A DNA stretch of 64,000 nt. Origin: Octopus bimaculoides (lineage: Eukaryota). The stretch lies in assembly GCF_001194135.2 (NCBI RefSeq), contig NC_068984.1, forward strand, positions 20,561,921 to 20,625,920. Direction: 5' to 3'. Shown piece after piece: positions 38,276 through 51,520 of the stretch. The position numbers and the translations under genes are program-made. Every line of letters begins with the position of its first letter. The stretch's first letter is position 1. The notes beneath the pieces were generated by a model that was not told the DNA's origin, searched no databases, and worked only from the letters and a program-made list of their open reading frames with translations.

Positions 38276-39676
38276 TTCATGAATATGTTTCTGTCTCAAT
38301 AAGTGTCATCAGCATGACAGTTGTCCCAACTTATTTTCATTATATATCTTCTATTACTTGTTTCCGTTGAACAAATTGATTCCAGTACTTGTTTTTCTTT
38401 AAAGTCTGGTACTTATTGTATCACTCTTTTTTGTTAAACCACTAAGTTACAGGGATGTAAACAGACCCACATCAGTTGTCAGAATGGAGGAGGGCAAACA
38501 CAGACACAAACACACACACATGCATGCATACACATATGACAGGCTTCCATAAAGTTTCTGTCAACCAAATTTATTTGTAAGGCTATGCTCAGTCTGGAAT
38601 TATAGTTGAAGACACTTGCTCAAGGTGTCATGCAGTGGGACTGAACCCAAAACTATATGGACATTGGGGTACAATGCAGTCCCTTGGATCCATTAGATCC
38701 TGTCAAACCATCCAATCCATGCCAACATGGAACATGGCTGTTTAATGGTGATGATGATGATGATGTGTGTGTGTGTGTATTAACCTCTAACAGCTTCATA
38801 AAGTGTATGTGTTTTTCACTTTCTCCAGCAAATTTCGTGAGAAGTGAAGAAGAAGGTGTAAAATGGGAGCAAGACAAGATGAGAATGTAAAGAGGGAGGA
38901 AAAGATGAGAAGAGGAATTTGCTAGAGGAAGAACGCCCCAAATAATAATAATGATGATAATTTCTTTTATTAGCCACAAGGGCATAAATGAGGGGGTATC
39001 ACTAGGACGGTCTACAATTTATGTAGGGGTTTACAAGATGAAGAGAAAGAAACAGAAAAGACTGTGAAATAATAATAATAATAATAATATAAATTGGTAA
39101 AGAATGTGGCATGGAAGAGATTTGGAAGTAAAAGGTAAAAAAGAGGGATGAACCTCAGAGATAACACAAGACAAACCTTCTTTATAAAACAACAAACCTA
39201 ACAAACTCAAAATAGAATAAAATAAGAATTCCCTTTAACCCACACAGGAAAAAGAAATGCAAAGTGAAAAGGAAGTCAAAATAGTATTTAGTTCTGGTGG
39301 TGGTGGTGAGGAAGTTACTAGTGTGTGGGTAGACAGAAAGGTTTTGAGATGAGATGGTGATAGCACAAGAGTATGGATGAGGAGGGGTACAAGAGGGTGG
39401 AAGGCGGAGGGGTAGAAAGTCATGAATGAATGAATGAATGATAGCCAATTTTTTTGTAGTTACTATTTGTGAGGTCTTGGTTAAAATTTAAACTAATTCT
39501 AGTGAGCATGTGTGGTATGTATATATGTACATACATACATACATACACATATACTGACATAGACACATACATATATATAAACATACGTATACATCAATAT
39601 ACACACTCGGAACAGCATTATATTAAAATAGATGTGTGTAAGATAATATATATATATATATAAATGTAGAATGATG

Positions 39677-40037
39677 CTAGCTGTAATATTTTGTCTGAAA
39701 GAAACTTCTCTTAAAAAACTTTAATGTATGAAAAACAGATCTTACTGAAAATATCATTGGCAGATCATCAGACACTGGTGTTTCAACCAGATTTGGTCTC
39801 ATCAGTGACTACATCCCCAGACATTCTAAACTAAGTTGACATTTTTGCTCTGATATAGAAACCAGCAAACAAAACATTCATTGATTTGTGAGAAACTTGG
39901 GCAGGCCAAACATAAATCAATATATACACTTGAACTGTTTCATTAGATTAAAATAATGATGTGCATAACATTTATAATGTATAAACAAACATAGAACAAC
40001 ACTAGTTGTAATATTTTGTTGTAGAGAAACTTCTCTT
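39677..40037 (-). mobile_element. 325-bp-period unit bounded by 36-bp direct repeats and carrying HHR-A; putative non-autonomous Penelope-derived/retrozyme-like element
   Basis: CTAGCTGTAATATTTTGTCTGAAAGAAACTTCTCTT (39677-39712) and CTAGTTGTAATATTTTGTTGTAGAGAAACTTCTCTT (40002-40037) match at 31/36 positions and flank the ribozyme. No ORF. Confidence 0.5.
39767..39809 (-). ncRNA. Type I hammerhead ribozyme motif (HHR-A), on the Spred pre-mRNA strand
   Basis: Minus strand GTCA-CTGATGA-GACCA(AATC)TGGTT-GAA-ACA(CCAG)TGT-C-TGAT. It has the full CUGAUGA and GAAA core, a 5-bp stem II (G.U at the first pair), a 3-bp stem III with a near-palindromic loop, a GUC cleavage triplet (predicted cut between 39771 and 39770), and stem I GTCA/TGAT with further irregular pairing. 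Confidence 0.75.
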
Positions 40038-40719
40038 GAGAGTGGAGCTATGCTCATGTTTATTCAATCTCATCTTAATTCATCCAAACATGAGGCAAAA
40101 CTATCTAAAGAGGTTAATAAAAGATCTAAAATTAATGGAAAAGATGTTAGAAAGTTATGGGAACTGTGTAAGTGAATAGAGATAGATTAAAAAGAAAAAA
40201 AAAAACCAAGATCATGAAAATGAAAATGGCCAGTATTGGGACAAAGGATTTCAGTGGATGGTGACACAAAAGTTCTTAGGTGGTGAAGTGATGTCCTGGT
40301 GGTTGTGAGACATTGATACCAATTCAAGCTATGTTAGCATAGAAACAAAAATGGCAATAAAATGACAACAATAATTAGATATATTGATGATAAGCAAATC
40401 TTTGAACTCACTCCCACTTCACTGTGGTCATTGAAGTTTGTTATACTTCTTTTGCGAAAAGCAGAGTCGTAAGCAGTGCTTTTCAAGAATTTGTAGTTCA
40501 GTGCTAATGCAGGGAAACACATATTATGAGAGGAAAACAGTTTTGACATAAAAGTACTTATTCCTGGTGTAGGGATACACATATTGTGAGAGGTTTTAGC
40601 ATAAAAGTACTTATTCATAAAAAACATCATGAAATAAGGGCTGGAATGACATCTTTCAGTGGGTGTAATGTGAACTTTAAGGAATGATTGAGACCAGACT
40701 TCAATAATGTAATAATAGC

Positions 40720-40910
40720 CTTTAGGAAATGTAATTATTAACTTTTGAGAATGTAATTATTACAGTCAGTAATAAAAATTATATTTCTTATAATTGTAAT
40801 TACAGACTTTAGAAATGTAATTAGAGTCCTAGATTTTTAATAATGGTTCTTAGTGCAATTGTGAATTTTAAAAATATAATTTCAGACCTTACAAAATGTA
40901 ATTATATCTC
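40720..40910. repeat. Degenerate AT-rich minisatellite with an AATGTAATTA core
   Basis: (A/T)ATGTAATTA / TTGTAATTA recurs about 5 times. Confidence 0.5.
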
Positions 40911-43900
40911 CTAACTTTCACCAGTTATAAACAATGTTCCAGGCTCCCTAAACTCTCTGCAAACTGAGTTCATTTTTTGGTCCCTTGTTGATACCACTTA
41001 CACCTCATCTCTGCATATTTGTGAGGGAACATACTTCTCTTATCTCTTTCCTTTAACATTCTTTATTCTGCTCTGGTTAACAGTAAACAAGGACATTAAT
41101 AATACAAGGGTCATTGTTGAAATGTCATATTTTTTTCTGACCACACAACACACAAACTTTTCCAAATTGATGAAACTTATGAGTAAAACAAAAGTAGATC
41201 GCTAAATATTTGGTTTGTCTTTAGACTATGCAACTTTTATCATTATGAAATCTAATTGTATTAAATCTGACTAAAGCCTTGTGAATGAATTTGGTAAACA
41301 AAATCCTGGTATGTATGCATGTATATATGTATATACTTACAAACTCACATTACATAATTCTATCTACCAACTTCATTCACAAGGCTTTAGTCAAATTTTA
41401 TTCATAAGTATGCACATATGTAGATGTGTGTGCATGTGTGTTTCCTTGTCTTGACATTGCATGCTAATTGTAAACAAATTTTACAACTATACACGTTGTG
41501 ACATTTGTTTGCACCCTTTCATGAAACATGTCTAAACAAGGAGAAAATATCAACTTGTTTGGAAACAGGCAAGGGTCAGTGACAGGAAGAGCATCTGGCC
41601 ATAGAAGTTCTGCTTCAATCTTGTCTGGTCTATGCAAACACAGAAAAGAACATGTTAAAATGATAAAGAATAGGGGTTGTAGCTCAATATATATCCAGCC
41701 TGTGTTTGTAGATCTAAGCAAGTGTTAACATTTAATACAGTGAGCATTAAAAATCTAATTAGAAACACTTGGAGAAAAAAAATGACAATAATAATCAATG
41801 ACTGGCTACTGTAATTTTCCTTTAGTCAATACAGGAGACAGCCAGATAACCAGTGTGCATAAACATAAAACAGACATGCTATGTTTTTATTGGGTAACCC
41901 TACTTAGTATCGTATAGCACAATTTTCACTGATGAAGTACTTGAAATGAGTTGTCTTTCAAATGTCATCCATGGTGTTATCTAGCTCTGAATATTATATT
42001 GTTGGGTAGTTTTACTCAGATATGATCAAGAAAACCTGTATAACGAGGTTAATGAATTGAATGGTCTAGTGCACCCTTCACAGATTAAATAAATCTGGTA
42101 GCTCTGATATATTGTTTGAATGTCAGACCACATTCTACGTTCTGTCAGCTAATGCTTTATTGAGAATTTTAAAATGATGGCAGTAAATATTATCTGACAA
42201 CACCAAAAGACCTTGATAGGTGGGTTGTTTTCTTACTCTAATTACAACACACAGATAAAACCCCAGGTGTGAGCAATGAATAACTCTTATTTCCTTTGCT
42301 TCAGTGTACAACATCTAATCAGTGAACAAACTGAGAAAGTACTTCATAACATCTACGCACCTTATAAGATTTACAATTTTCTTCCAAGCTGCCTTAGAAC
42401 CATCCCATCATTAACACCCAGCCTAAATCTGTTCTAATTTTTTTTTCCTATTCCAACTGCACCCACTATTAGTAGTTCTGCCAAGCCTGCATCAGAGCTT
42501 GTGGTTACTAAGTAGATGTTCTTACCAAAAAGATAGCTTTTGATGAGTGGGTGGGCTTGGGAACTAAATTCTTTATAGAAAGAGTATACACTTATTTATT
42601 ATCAGGGATAGAAAGAAACATCTTCGTATATTCCATAATCTGGAAAACATTTGAAATACTGCACAATACACAATTGGACATAATTTCTCCACATACTCTA
42701 GTCCTATGTTAATTTAATTTACTTTCAGTATGGTCTATTATATGGTCTTAGATAAAGTTATCTAAAAGTGTGATAGAATATTTGGTTATAATATTTGTCT
42801 TTTCTGTAGCCATCTTGACAAAGCTAACCATTCTTCATGAGCAAAGGTATGCCTCTGTAGTCAAGAAGTTAGCTTTACAGTTCAGTGGGTTCAATTCTTT
42901 ACTTGGTCAAGTGTCTCCTACCATAACCTGGAGTCAACTCAAATATGGAAGATGGAAACTATGCGGAGGCCCACTGAAGGGACTGTTCCTGTCCTTGGGT
43001 AATAAACTTAAATCAGTCACCTGGTCTAATGACACTACCTATCCCTTGGGTGCCTTTAACAGAGGCCACTCTGTTGCCATGCTAGGGATAAATTCCTCCC
43101 TCCCTTTCATTAGTATTGGAGGTTCTGTAAAGAACTATGGGAGCTGAGCAGCCTCACTGCCCTGACTAAATCAAAGATATATAAAAAAAAAAAAACATCA
43201 CAAAGTAGCAACATATTTCAGTTATCCTGAGACAGGTGAGCTGATCCAAATGCTTGCAACTAAGTGAACTCTGCTAAAGGCACTTAAAAGGGCAGGTGAT
43301 GACTGGGAAATGGATCTAAGTCTAACATCGAAGATTTCGGGGGGGGGGGGCATTATTGAAGCAGACAGTAGATATCATCACTAGGTGGCAGTAAGTGGAG
43401 TGAGGAATGATATGAGAAAGAAGATGAGACAACCACAGCAATTGAAACTGTGAGAATCAGACAGACAAAGAAGAAGTTTGCATTCACTTTGCAACACTTC
43501 TGTTTGTCATTAAAGATATGTCTGCTCTAATATCCCAAACAACTTACCCACTCCATCCTGTTGCAACACAAGCTGACAGTTTCCAATGCATACCTCCCAT
43601 TCCCCACTCGCTATTTCAAGATGTCTTCAGTGGTAGTGCTAAAAATGAGAGCATTCACCAAGAAGGGACAGTAGAGATTTTAACTCACAGATGCACGTCC
43701 CATCAATCTTAATAACAGAGCAGAATAGAATTGGAGCAGAATGCCTATTCTTTTCTTACAGATTTACCACCATCCATAAACTTAGACCTCACCACCACCC
43801 TCTCTCATCTCTATGCAGCTTTCTCAAGTTAAGAGTTGATAAGGAGCAGGAAGTGGCCCATAACCAGCTCTTTCTCACTGCATTTGCTAACTTGGGAGAT

Positions 43901-45565
43901 AGCAGTGACAGAAGGGAAGCCTTCACCAGAGTGATGAAAAGCTTTTGACTTTTCAGCTCCTCCTTGATTAAAGTTTCCTCCCTTGCCTCTTACACTCACT
44001 TCAGTTATGCTTGGGTGAGAAGGATTTACTGCAGTTGTGTGTATGATGGCACGAAAGAAGATACAAAACTTCTCCTTTATCAATAACAGTAAATATTTCT
44101 AATTTTCATTTGGTAGTAGTTTTTATTATTTTTATTTTTAATAGCTCAGTCTGAAGAAGTGACAAAGTTTTCCTTAAACAAAAGACCTGATCCATACATG
44201 TGAACCTAGAAGTCACTCAATGGCTACTAAAAGTACCAAGGGGTCAGGAAGTGGTGATAAATCAGGCCACAGATCAAGTCTGTGACTCAAGAACAAGAAG
44301 AGTCTCTCTCTCCCTCTGTTGGAGTTCTACCCAGTTTCTGTCTCCCAAAATTTCAATCACAGGGCTTTTATCGACTGAAGGCATTGTGGTATAAGACACT
44401 CACCTAAAATGATACACAGTAGCATCATTTCCTTTCCCTCTTCCCTATTCCTTGCCATATGCTCCCATCCTCTCTTCTTATTCCATCCCTTATTCCTCTG
44501 CTTAAAATCATTGTTCACTCTCTCTTCTATTCTCCCTCAGTTATAGGGGCTACTTTAGGTCCTTTGCCTTCTAAGTTACAAGGTAATCACCACTTGTGCT
44601 GGTGCCATGAAAAATTACACCAAGTAAAGTGGTTAAGTGGTTGACATTAAGAAGGGCACTGGACCATAGAAACCACACCAAAGTAGACAGTGGGATATGA
44701 AGCAGCTTTCTGAGTTGTCAGATCTTGTCAAACTCTCCATCACACATCAGCATGAAATCCAGTCATTAAATAAGGATGATGATGTTGAATGGGCTCAAAC
44801 CCAAAACCATAGAACTACAACTGCATTGACAGTACCAATGAAGAACATATCAACTTGATGGAAACATATCCTTTAGTAAGCTGTTACTAACCCCAACAAT
44901 ATGAGTATGCAAAGACCTTACAATTTTCAGGGAACAAAATGGGAGGTTGGTATGTTTATGCCTTTCTTTTACAGGATTCAGCATTACTAACAAGATAAAA
45001 TAGTTTCATATAAAATGATAACAGGGTCACAGCTTTTCCTTTTATTTTCATTTTATTGCTTAGAGTTTGCATCCACCCCAGACCTCACCACATTATAATT
45101 ATAATTATTATTATTGGTGGTGGTAGTAGTAGTAGTAGTAGTGGTAGTAGTAGTAGTTGCAGCAGTAGTAGTAGTGGCAACGGTATTTTGGAATGACATT
45201 AAACCATGAGAAAAAAGTTAAATGTACCGTCAGTTATCAACTAAGATAAAGGTTAGTAAGAAGGCCTCTTGTGATCAACAATTACAGTAATGGATGGGTA
45301 AATGTTCAATAGTAAAATTGGAAATAAATAAATAAAATTAAGTATGGAACAATATAGTCAAGGCCATTTTATATGACCAAAAGATATGGGAAAATTTCCT
45401 TACTAGCGAATGTACTGCCTGGTCTGAGAAAATGAAGTTGTAGCAATTTCTTATTGTTTACCATTGGTTTCACACAGAATATTGCCACTAAATAATATTG
45501 ATGGCTTTTCAGGAATATCTGTCAAAGTACCTACCTCTCTCTCTCTCTATATATATATATGTATG

Positions 45566-45605
<40 letters not shown>

Positions 45606-45654
45606 AACATATATATGCACACATATGTATATATATATGTATGTATGTATGTAT

Positions 45655-45910
45655 GAAGGTGTGTGTGGTCTAGTGGCTAAGGTGTTGCACTCACAATTGC
45701 AAGGTAGAGGATTCGATTCTAGGACCAGGTGGTTTGTTGTGTTTCTTGTGCAAAATATTTCATTTTACATTGCTCAGTCCACTCAGCTGTAAATGAACAA
45801 CCTTGCGACAGACTGGCATTCTGCTCAGAGGACAGTGTTATGATCCTGTCCATTTATATGGCATGAAAACTGGGTAATTGGCCCTAAAAGTCCTAGAACT
45901 TATCCTTTTA
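45655..45910 (+). mobile_element. Diverged SINE family B copy
   Basis: GTGGTCTAGTGGCTAAGG..GATTCGATTCT..GTGTTTCTTGTGCAAAA..GTCCACTCAGCTG. Further fragments at ~24800-24980, 16075-16170, 52210-52320 and 505-660. Confidence 0.65.
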
Positions 45911-47956
45911 CTTGTTACAGCTATGCGGCTGTGATCATGCTGGAGCACCATACATTATTTTAGTCATTTTAGCCATGCATCATGTGAATATCTATATCTG
46001 CTAACTATGTATGTGTCTAAGCACACACATACACACACAAATAACTTATAGATTTACTAGACTTTATGTGTCACTGCTTACATTTTTTTTCAACTAAATT
46101 ATACTAACAGGACAGTTTAATTTTTTTTCAATGTACTCTTCTCCCCCTCCTCGTACATTCTTTCCCTCTCTATCTCTTTTCCTACTTTTCACAGCATCAT
46201 CATCACCACTAGTAGTACTATGCATCTACCTCCCTACCACTTGTCACTCTACTCTCACTCATTGCCATCAACAATACACACACACACAGAGTCACATGGC
46301 TCAATATGTGTAAAAGAAGCAATTCAAAGTAAAACTACCACCACCACCACATCATTACATCACCACTGCCACTCATCATCACCACAGCTACATCATCATC
46401 ACACATCACCACCACCACCACCACCACCACCACCATAAAATACCTTTATTACACCACCAGTGCCATTACTACCACCATCACAGCACTACTATCATTACCA
46501 CCACCACCACCCCTCCCCCTCCTCCTCCCCCTACAAAATAACAGTACAACAAAGGCAAGCTCCATTAGATGCTATTTATAGATGTTTTTTCCTCTTACAT
46601 CAGCTGGAAACTAATTCTATTCTATGCTAATTGTAGCTTTTTTAGGCAATTGCCACTAGTTGGCCCACAACAAAGAAAATAAATACACAACAACAGCAAC
46701 AATGAACAAGAGAGAGAGTGAGTGTGGGAGAGAGAGAGAGAGAGAGTGCAAGAGCTTGAGTGCACCTATACACATACATATACACACATGAAGTACATGC
46801 GTGCACATGTGCACACACACACGAACTCATATTTGTACTCCTGTCTCACACAGATTTTATATATAAGCAAACAAGGGAACTAATGATGCTTCCTTTTACC
46901 TGCAATATGTAGTTAAAGTGAAGTGCAGATTGTTAGTAAGGTTGCTTATACATACATACACACACACACAAACACGTGTGTGTGTGATCATCATCATCAT
47001 CATCGTCTAATGTGTTTTCAATGCTGGCATGAGTTGGATGGTTCAAAAGGAGCCAGTGAGCCAGAAGACTGCACCAAGCTCAACTGTCTGCCTAGGCATG
47101 ATTTCTGTGGCTGGATGTTCTTCCTAACACCAACCACTTTACAGAGTGCACTGGGTGCTTGTCACATGGCACTAAAAGTAATTTGCAAGGCAAGACTCAC
47201 TTCAAGTGAGAGTGAGGAGTAGTACTGAGGGAGGGTGGTCCTGTGACAGGTGATAAGCAGTTAAGGTATGACAGAAGGACAAAAACAGGTGTCATGCTGT
47301 AGAGGAGATACACACACACATATATGCATGTGTGTGCATATATGCCATGGACCATTAACTCCTTGATGGAGTCATAGGGGTACTGTTGTGATATACAACA
47401 TGTTTTGGGTATTTTAGAATTGGTGAAAGCATCCCTCTCCAGGTCTGTCCACCATTGATTTCTACTGCAGAGAGAACAAAAGAGTTAGAGAAAGAGAAGA
47501 ATTGATCCCAGTAGAAGATTAATAGTTTATTTGAAAGGATGAAGGACAAAGTTGATCTCAGTGAGATTTGAACTCTGTGCAGATAGCTGGAATGATTGCT
47601 GCAAAATAACGTAGAACTAATTTAACAGACCTTAATACATAATTGGTGCAAAGGCAGTGAGCTATCAAAATTGTTAGCGAAAGAAATACCACACTGGTGA
47701 CAGGAAGAGCCTTCCTCCAGCCATAGAAAATCTACCTCAATAAGTTTTCTCTAACCCATGCAAGCAAACAGAAAACATGTAAAAATGATGACAAGAAGGA
47801 TCTCATATCCTTAGTTTCACTAGGTCCCCACTTTTAAGGAGTGTAGTTGATTATATTGAGTCCACTACTTGAGGATTAATAATAATTTTATTAACCTCAA
47901 AAAATTGGAGAGCAAGAGCAACCTAGATAGGATTTGAACTCAAAACTCTCAATATG

Positions 47957-48587
47957 TTTTCTTTTATTTACTTGTTTCTGTCATTGGACTGCGGCTATGC
48001 TGGGGCACTAGCTCGAAATGTTTAGTCTAGCAAATCAACTTCAGTATTTTTTTTTAATGTCTGGTACCTTATAGGTCTCTTTTGCTGAACTGCTAATTTG
48101 GGTGAGGGGACATAAACAAACCAGCACCAGTTATCAGACGGTGGTGGTAGGGACAAACACAAACCCATCAACTCACCACAAACACACACATATATAGTTT
48201 CCTTTCTTATTTCTTTATTGCCCACAAGGGGCTAAGCATAGAGGGGACAAACAAGGGCAGACAAAGGGATTAAGTCGATTACATCGACCCCAGTGCGTAA
48301 CTGGTACTTAATCTATCGACCCCGAAAAGATGAAAGGCAAAGTCGACCCAGGTGGCATTTGAACTTAGAACGTAAAGATAAACGAAATACAGCTAAGCAT
48401 TTCGCCCGGCGTGCTAACGTTTCTGCCAGCTCGCCACCTTATATAGTTTCCACACATATATAGTTTCCATCTATCAAATTCACTCACAAGGCATTGGTTG
48501 GCCTGTGGCTATAGGAGAAGACACTTGCCCAAGGTGCTGCACACTGAGATGAACCTAAAGCGAGCTCTTCCACCACATAGCCATGCA
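47957..48587 (-). mobile_element. SINE family C copy hosting a family A insertion
   Basis: Tail at 47957-48190, head at 48452-48587. Other family C pieces at ~3440-3650, 9320-9480, 19338-19645, 31690-31810, 38345-38655, 55015-55170 and 55530-55690. Confidence 0.75.
48203..48439 (-). mobile_element. SINE family A, full-length copy nested in a family C SINE
   Basis: Same head, core and tail as 38042-38275. 12-bp TSD TATATAGTTTCC at 48191-48202 and 48440-48451. Confidence 0.9.
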
Positions 48588-49347
48588 TTCTTCCTTTTTA
48601 TTTTTCTATGAAAATAAAAAGACTTGGTTTATTTCTCTCTTGAAGCATAATAAAACGCCAAGTTTCAATGAACAGTTAGTGGAGGTTACTGTTTGTGTTT
48701 AGCCCCAGGTCAGTCTTGACCATATCAAATGCACTACAGCTATGACCATTATATCTTTTCCCTCTATGTACAGGAAATGTAGGACCACATTACTCAATGT
48801 TCTTTTTTATGATTTGAGGGTCACATGGTTGCTCAGGTCATGTGACAATGTAGAGGTTCCTTGTTGCTTCAGCTTGTTATTGTTGGTGGTATGATAGCAG
48901 GATGAAAGATAGTGAAGAACTCCCAATAAAATATCAAGAAAAAGGTTTATGGTAATACAGACTAAAAATTAAAAAAAATTAATATATGAAGCAGAAAAAA
49001 AATGGTTATTAACAGAAGTAGAGGAGCGGAGGTGACGGTGAAGAAGAAAACAGAGTTTAGAGGGAAAAGGGAGAAAGTGAGAAAGAAGGAGAGAGAGAAA
49101 GTGAGAAAGAGAGGGAGAAGACACTAGGAAAAAGAAGTACATTAAAAAAAAATCTTTACAAAGCAAAAAGCATTGTGGGAAATTAGAGAGAGAGAGATTA
49201 AGTCAAAAGTTTGTGTGTGTGAAGCCGGCCTGACACATTCAACAGCTTGTTATATGGGTTACAGTGCACATGAAGAGCAGATGTAAGAGATGGATATTAC
49301 AGCATAATAAACCCAGAGAAATTTAGAGCAAGGACTTTTTCTTAACC

Positions 49348-49388
<41 letters not shown>

Positions 49389-50147
49389 ACTTTTTGCTTA
49401 TTTTTTTCTAATATTTGGTATTATTTTTTAAGGGGATATGCAAAAAAAATAATAAATGAGAAAGGACAGACACTTCTCTGAAAATAAAAAATAAATGAAA
49501 ACACCATTTGAAAAATTTGTAAGAAAATACTCATAGTTACAAAAGAGAGGAGAGTAGAAAAAGGGGAGACGACTGAAAGTGAAGGGAAAGTGGAAAAAGA
49601 AGACAAGAAAACAGAGACAGTGGTGGTGGTTGTGGTGAGAGGTGTAGGAAATGAAGAAAAAAAGTAATAGAAAACAAGGGAATGGGAAAATAAAATATGA
49701 TAAAGAGAAGGGGAGGAGGAATACTAAACATTTCAAACACCAGCCAGAGGGGAACTCAATGCGGTCATTCTTTATGCTAAATAGAGCAGCCAATTCTGCC
49801 TCAAATCAAACCTTATCCCAATCATTTGAAAAGGTTACTTTTAATTATGTGATCCTAGTTAACCTGCATCGAGGGCAAAAACAGGATGACTTGGAATACA
49901 TTTGATTAAAAAAAAAAAATTACATGCAAAATAAAACAAAGATTGGTAACTGTTACAATATGCGCCAAATAATGAAGGACTGTAATGAATAGTGATATGC
50001 TGTAAGATGTGTCCAACTCATGCTAGCTTAGAAAAATAGATGTAAAATGATGCACACATACACAGAGACACACATTTATTTTTATGTCTATGCATGTTTC
50101 TGGGTTCTAAATCCAGCAGGTAGTGGCCTTACTTGAAGATTTCAGTA

Positions 50148-50364
50148 TTAACCTTTTCCTTACTATATTTCTGTTGAAATACGCAATCTTTCTTACAATT
50201 AATTTGTAAAATAATGAAGAATATAGTAAAATAACTGTCACCATTTGGAGTATGAATTAATGCGAAGTTTTAATACGAAGTTTTAACTTAGATAACTTTA
50301 AAACAGGAAGTCTGTACCATAAAACCTAAGGCAGTCTCAGGTGATTTAATATCAAAAGGATTCA
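50148..50364. mobile_element. Possible degenerate TTAA-type (piggyBac-like) MITE
   Basis: Left end TTAACCTTTTCC and right end TATCAAAAGGATTCA resemble a decayed TTAACCCTTTT..AAAAGGGTTAA pair. The match is weak. Confidence 0.3.
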
Positions 50365-50494
50365 TCTCACAATGCTGAAAGGTAATATAGTTAGGCTGTA
50401 ATGTGACACAAGAAGTAAATGCATGGAAAGCAAGGATCTACTTGAAGAAGGAACTTTTCAATGACACTTAAAATCCACTTGATACTGACTAAAC

Positions 50495-50641
50495 CAGTGG
50501 TTCCCAACCTGTGGTCCACAAAGGTGGTACTGAGGGTCTGCGAACATGTCAAGCTGTCAGACCTTCCAATATCCTGGGGTCTGTGGGAAAACTCATTTAA
50601 ATAAAAGGGATCCTTGGTAGTGAAAAGGTTGGGAACCACTG
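50495..50641. mobile_element. 147-bp hAT (Charlie-type) MITE
   Basis: Perfect 16-bp TIR CAGTGGTTCCCAACCT / AGGTTGGGAACCACTG; TSD GACTAAAC / GACTAAGC (7/8). Confidence 0.85.
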
Positions 50642-51520
50642 GACTAAGCCAATAAGGAACTCTTTAATTTTCTAGCTCAGCCAGCTGGAAATAGAAAACA
50701 ACTCCCTTACAAATAATATCTAGTCTTTTGAAAAGAAGGGCACATTGAGCCATGTAGGTCCTTTTATATTGTGCCTGAAAAAAATGACAGCATAGTCAAA
50801 TCAAAGCTGGAATGGTTTTGGTTTGGGGTTAAATAACAACACCAACAAAACTAGGTACTGATAAGGGTGAGGGGTGGGGGTCCATTGCAGAGATGATAAG
50901 TTCTGTTCCTTAAAAAAATGAACCTTGTGTGAAATGTGTGTTAAAATTTGAATCCATTTCTATGATGTGCTTGCACAATGGCGTATTTTATACATATGTG
51001 TTGGTCCAACCCATGCTAGCATGGAAAGCGGACGTTAAACGATGATGATGATGAAGTGTGTGTATGTAGGCATGTCTTTTACAAGAGAAGGGATGACAGT
51101 GGCTTTGAAGTTTTGACCTGCTAGCCTTTATTATTTACTTCCATAAGGAACTATGATTAACTTTTGGTTCCAAATCTTGTAGCTGTGATGGTCTGTTATG
51201 GTATATTCCATGAGCAAGTGAGTGAGTGAGTGTGTATGTCCTTTTTCCTTACTGTGTTTGTCTAACTGCAGGTGACTACTGAAATAACTTGTGGGATTTT
51301 GCAAACAAAACACAATGTAAATACCTGAAAGAAGATCCAACAAACTGTGCAGGAGTCATTTAGTACAATAATTTAAACAGATACAATTTTGTGGTTAGTG
51401 AGAGTAGATAGAAGCAAAAATGATAGAATTATCTGGAGAGCTATCCAGCATGGTTACAAAACAGCTCCAAATATTTAATTCTCATGGCAAAAACCAATGA
51501 CAATATTCAAGAAAATTTAC

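Larger units (their letters stand above)
9853..51520 (-). other. Spred: Large Spred intron (~41.7 kb, includes N gaps)
   Basis: GT at 51520-51519 and AG at 9854-9853 on the minus strand. No further in-frame exon is needed to complete the reading frame. Confidence 0.85.

Noticed and set aside
38020-38320. Hammerhead-like CTGATGA..GAAAC..GTC on the minus strand, reconstructed by removing the family A SINE
   Set aside because: Stem II cannot form next to the core (C.A) and stem I does not pair; probably chance.
41925-41965. CTGATGA-AGTACTT-GAAAT..GTC on the + strand
   Set aside because: Stems I and III pair poorly; expected by chance in 64 kb of AT-rich DNA.
42770-43147. 125-aa + strand ORF
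   Set aside because: Overlaps a degenerate family C SINE head and has no recognisable domain.
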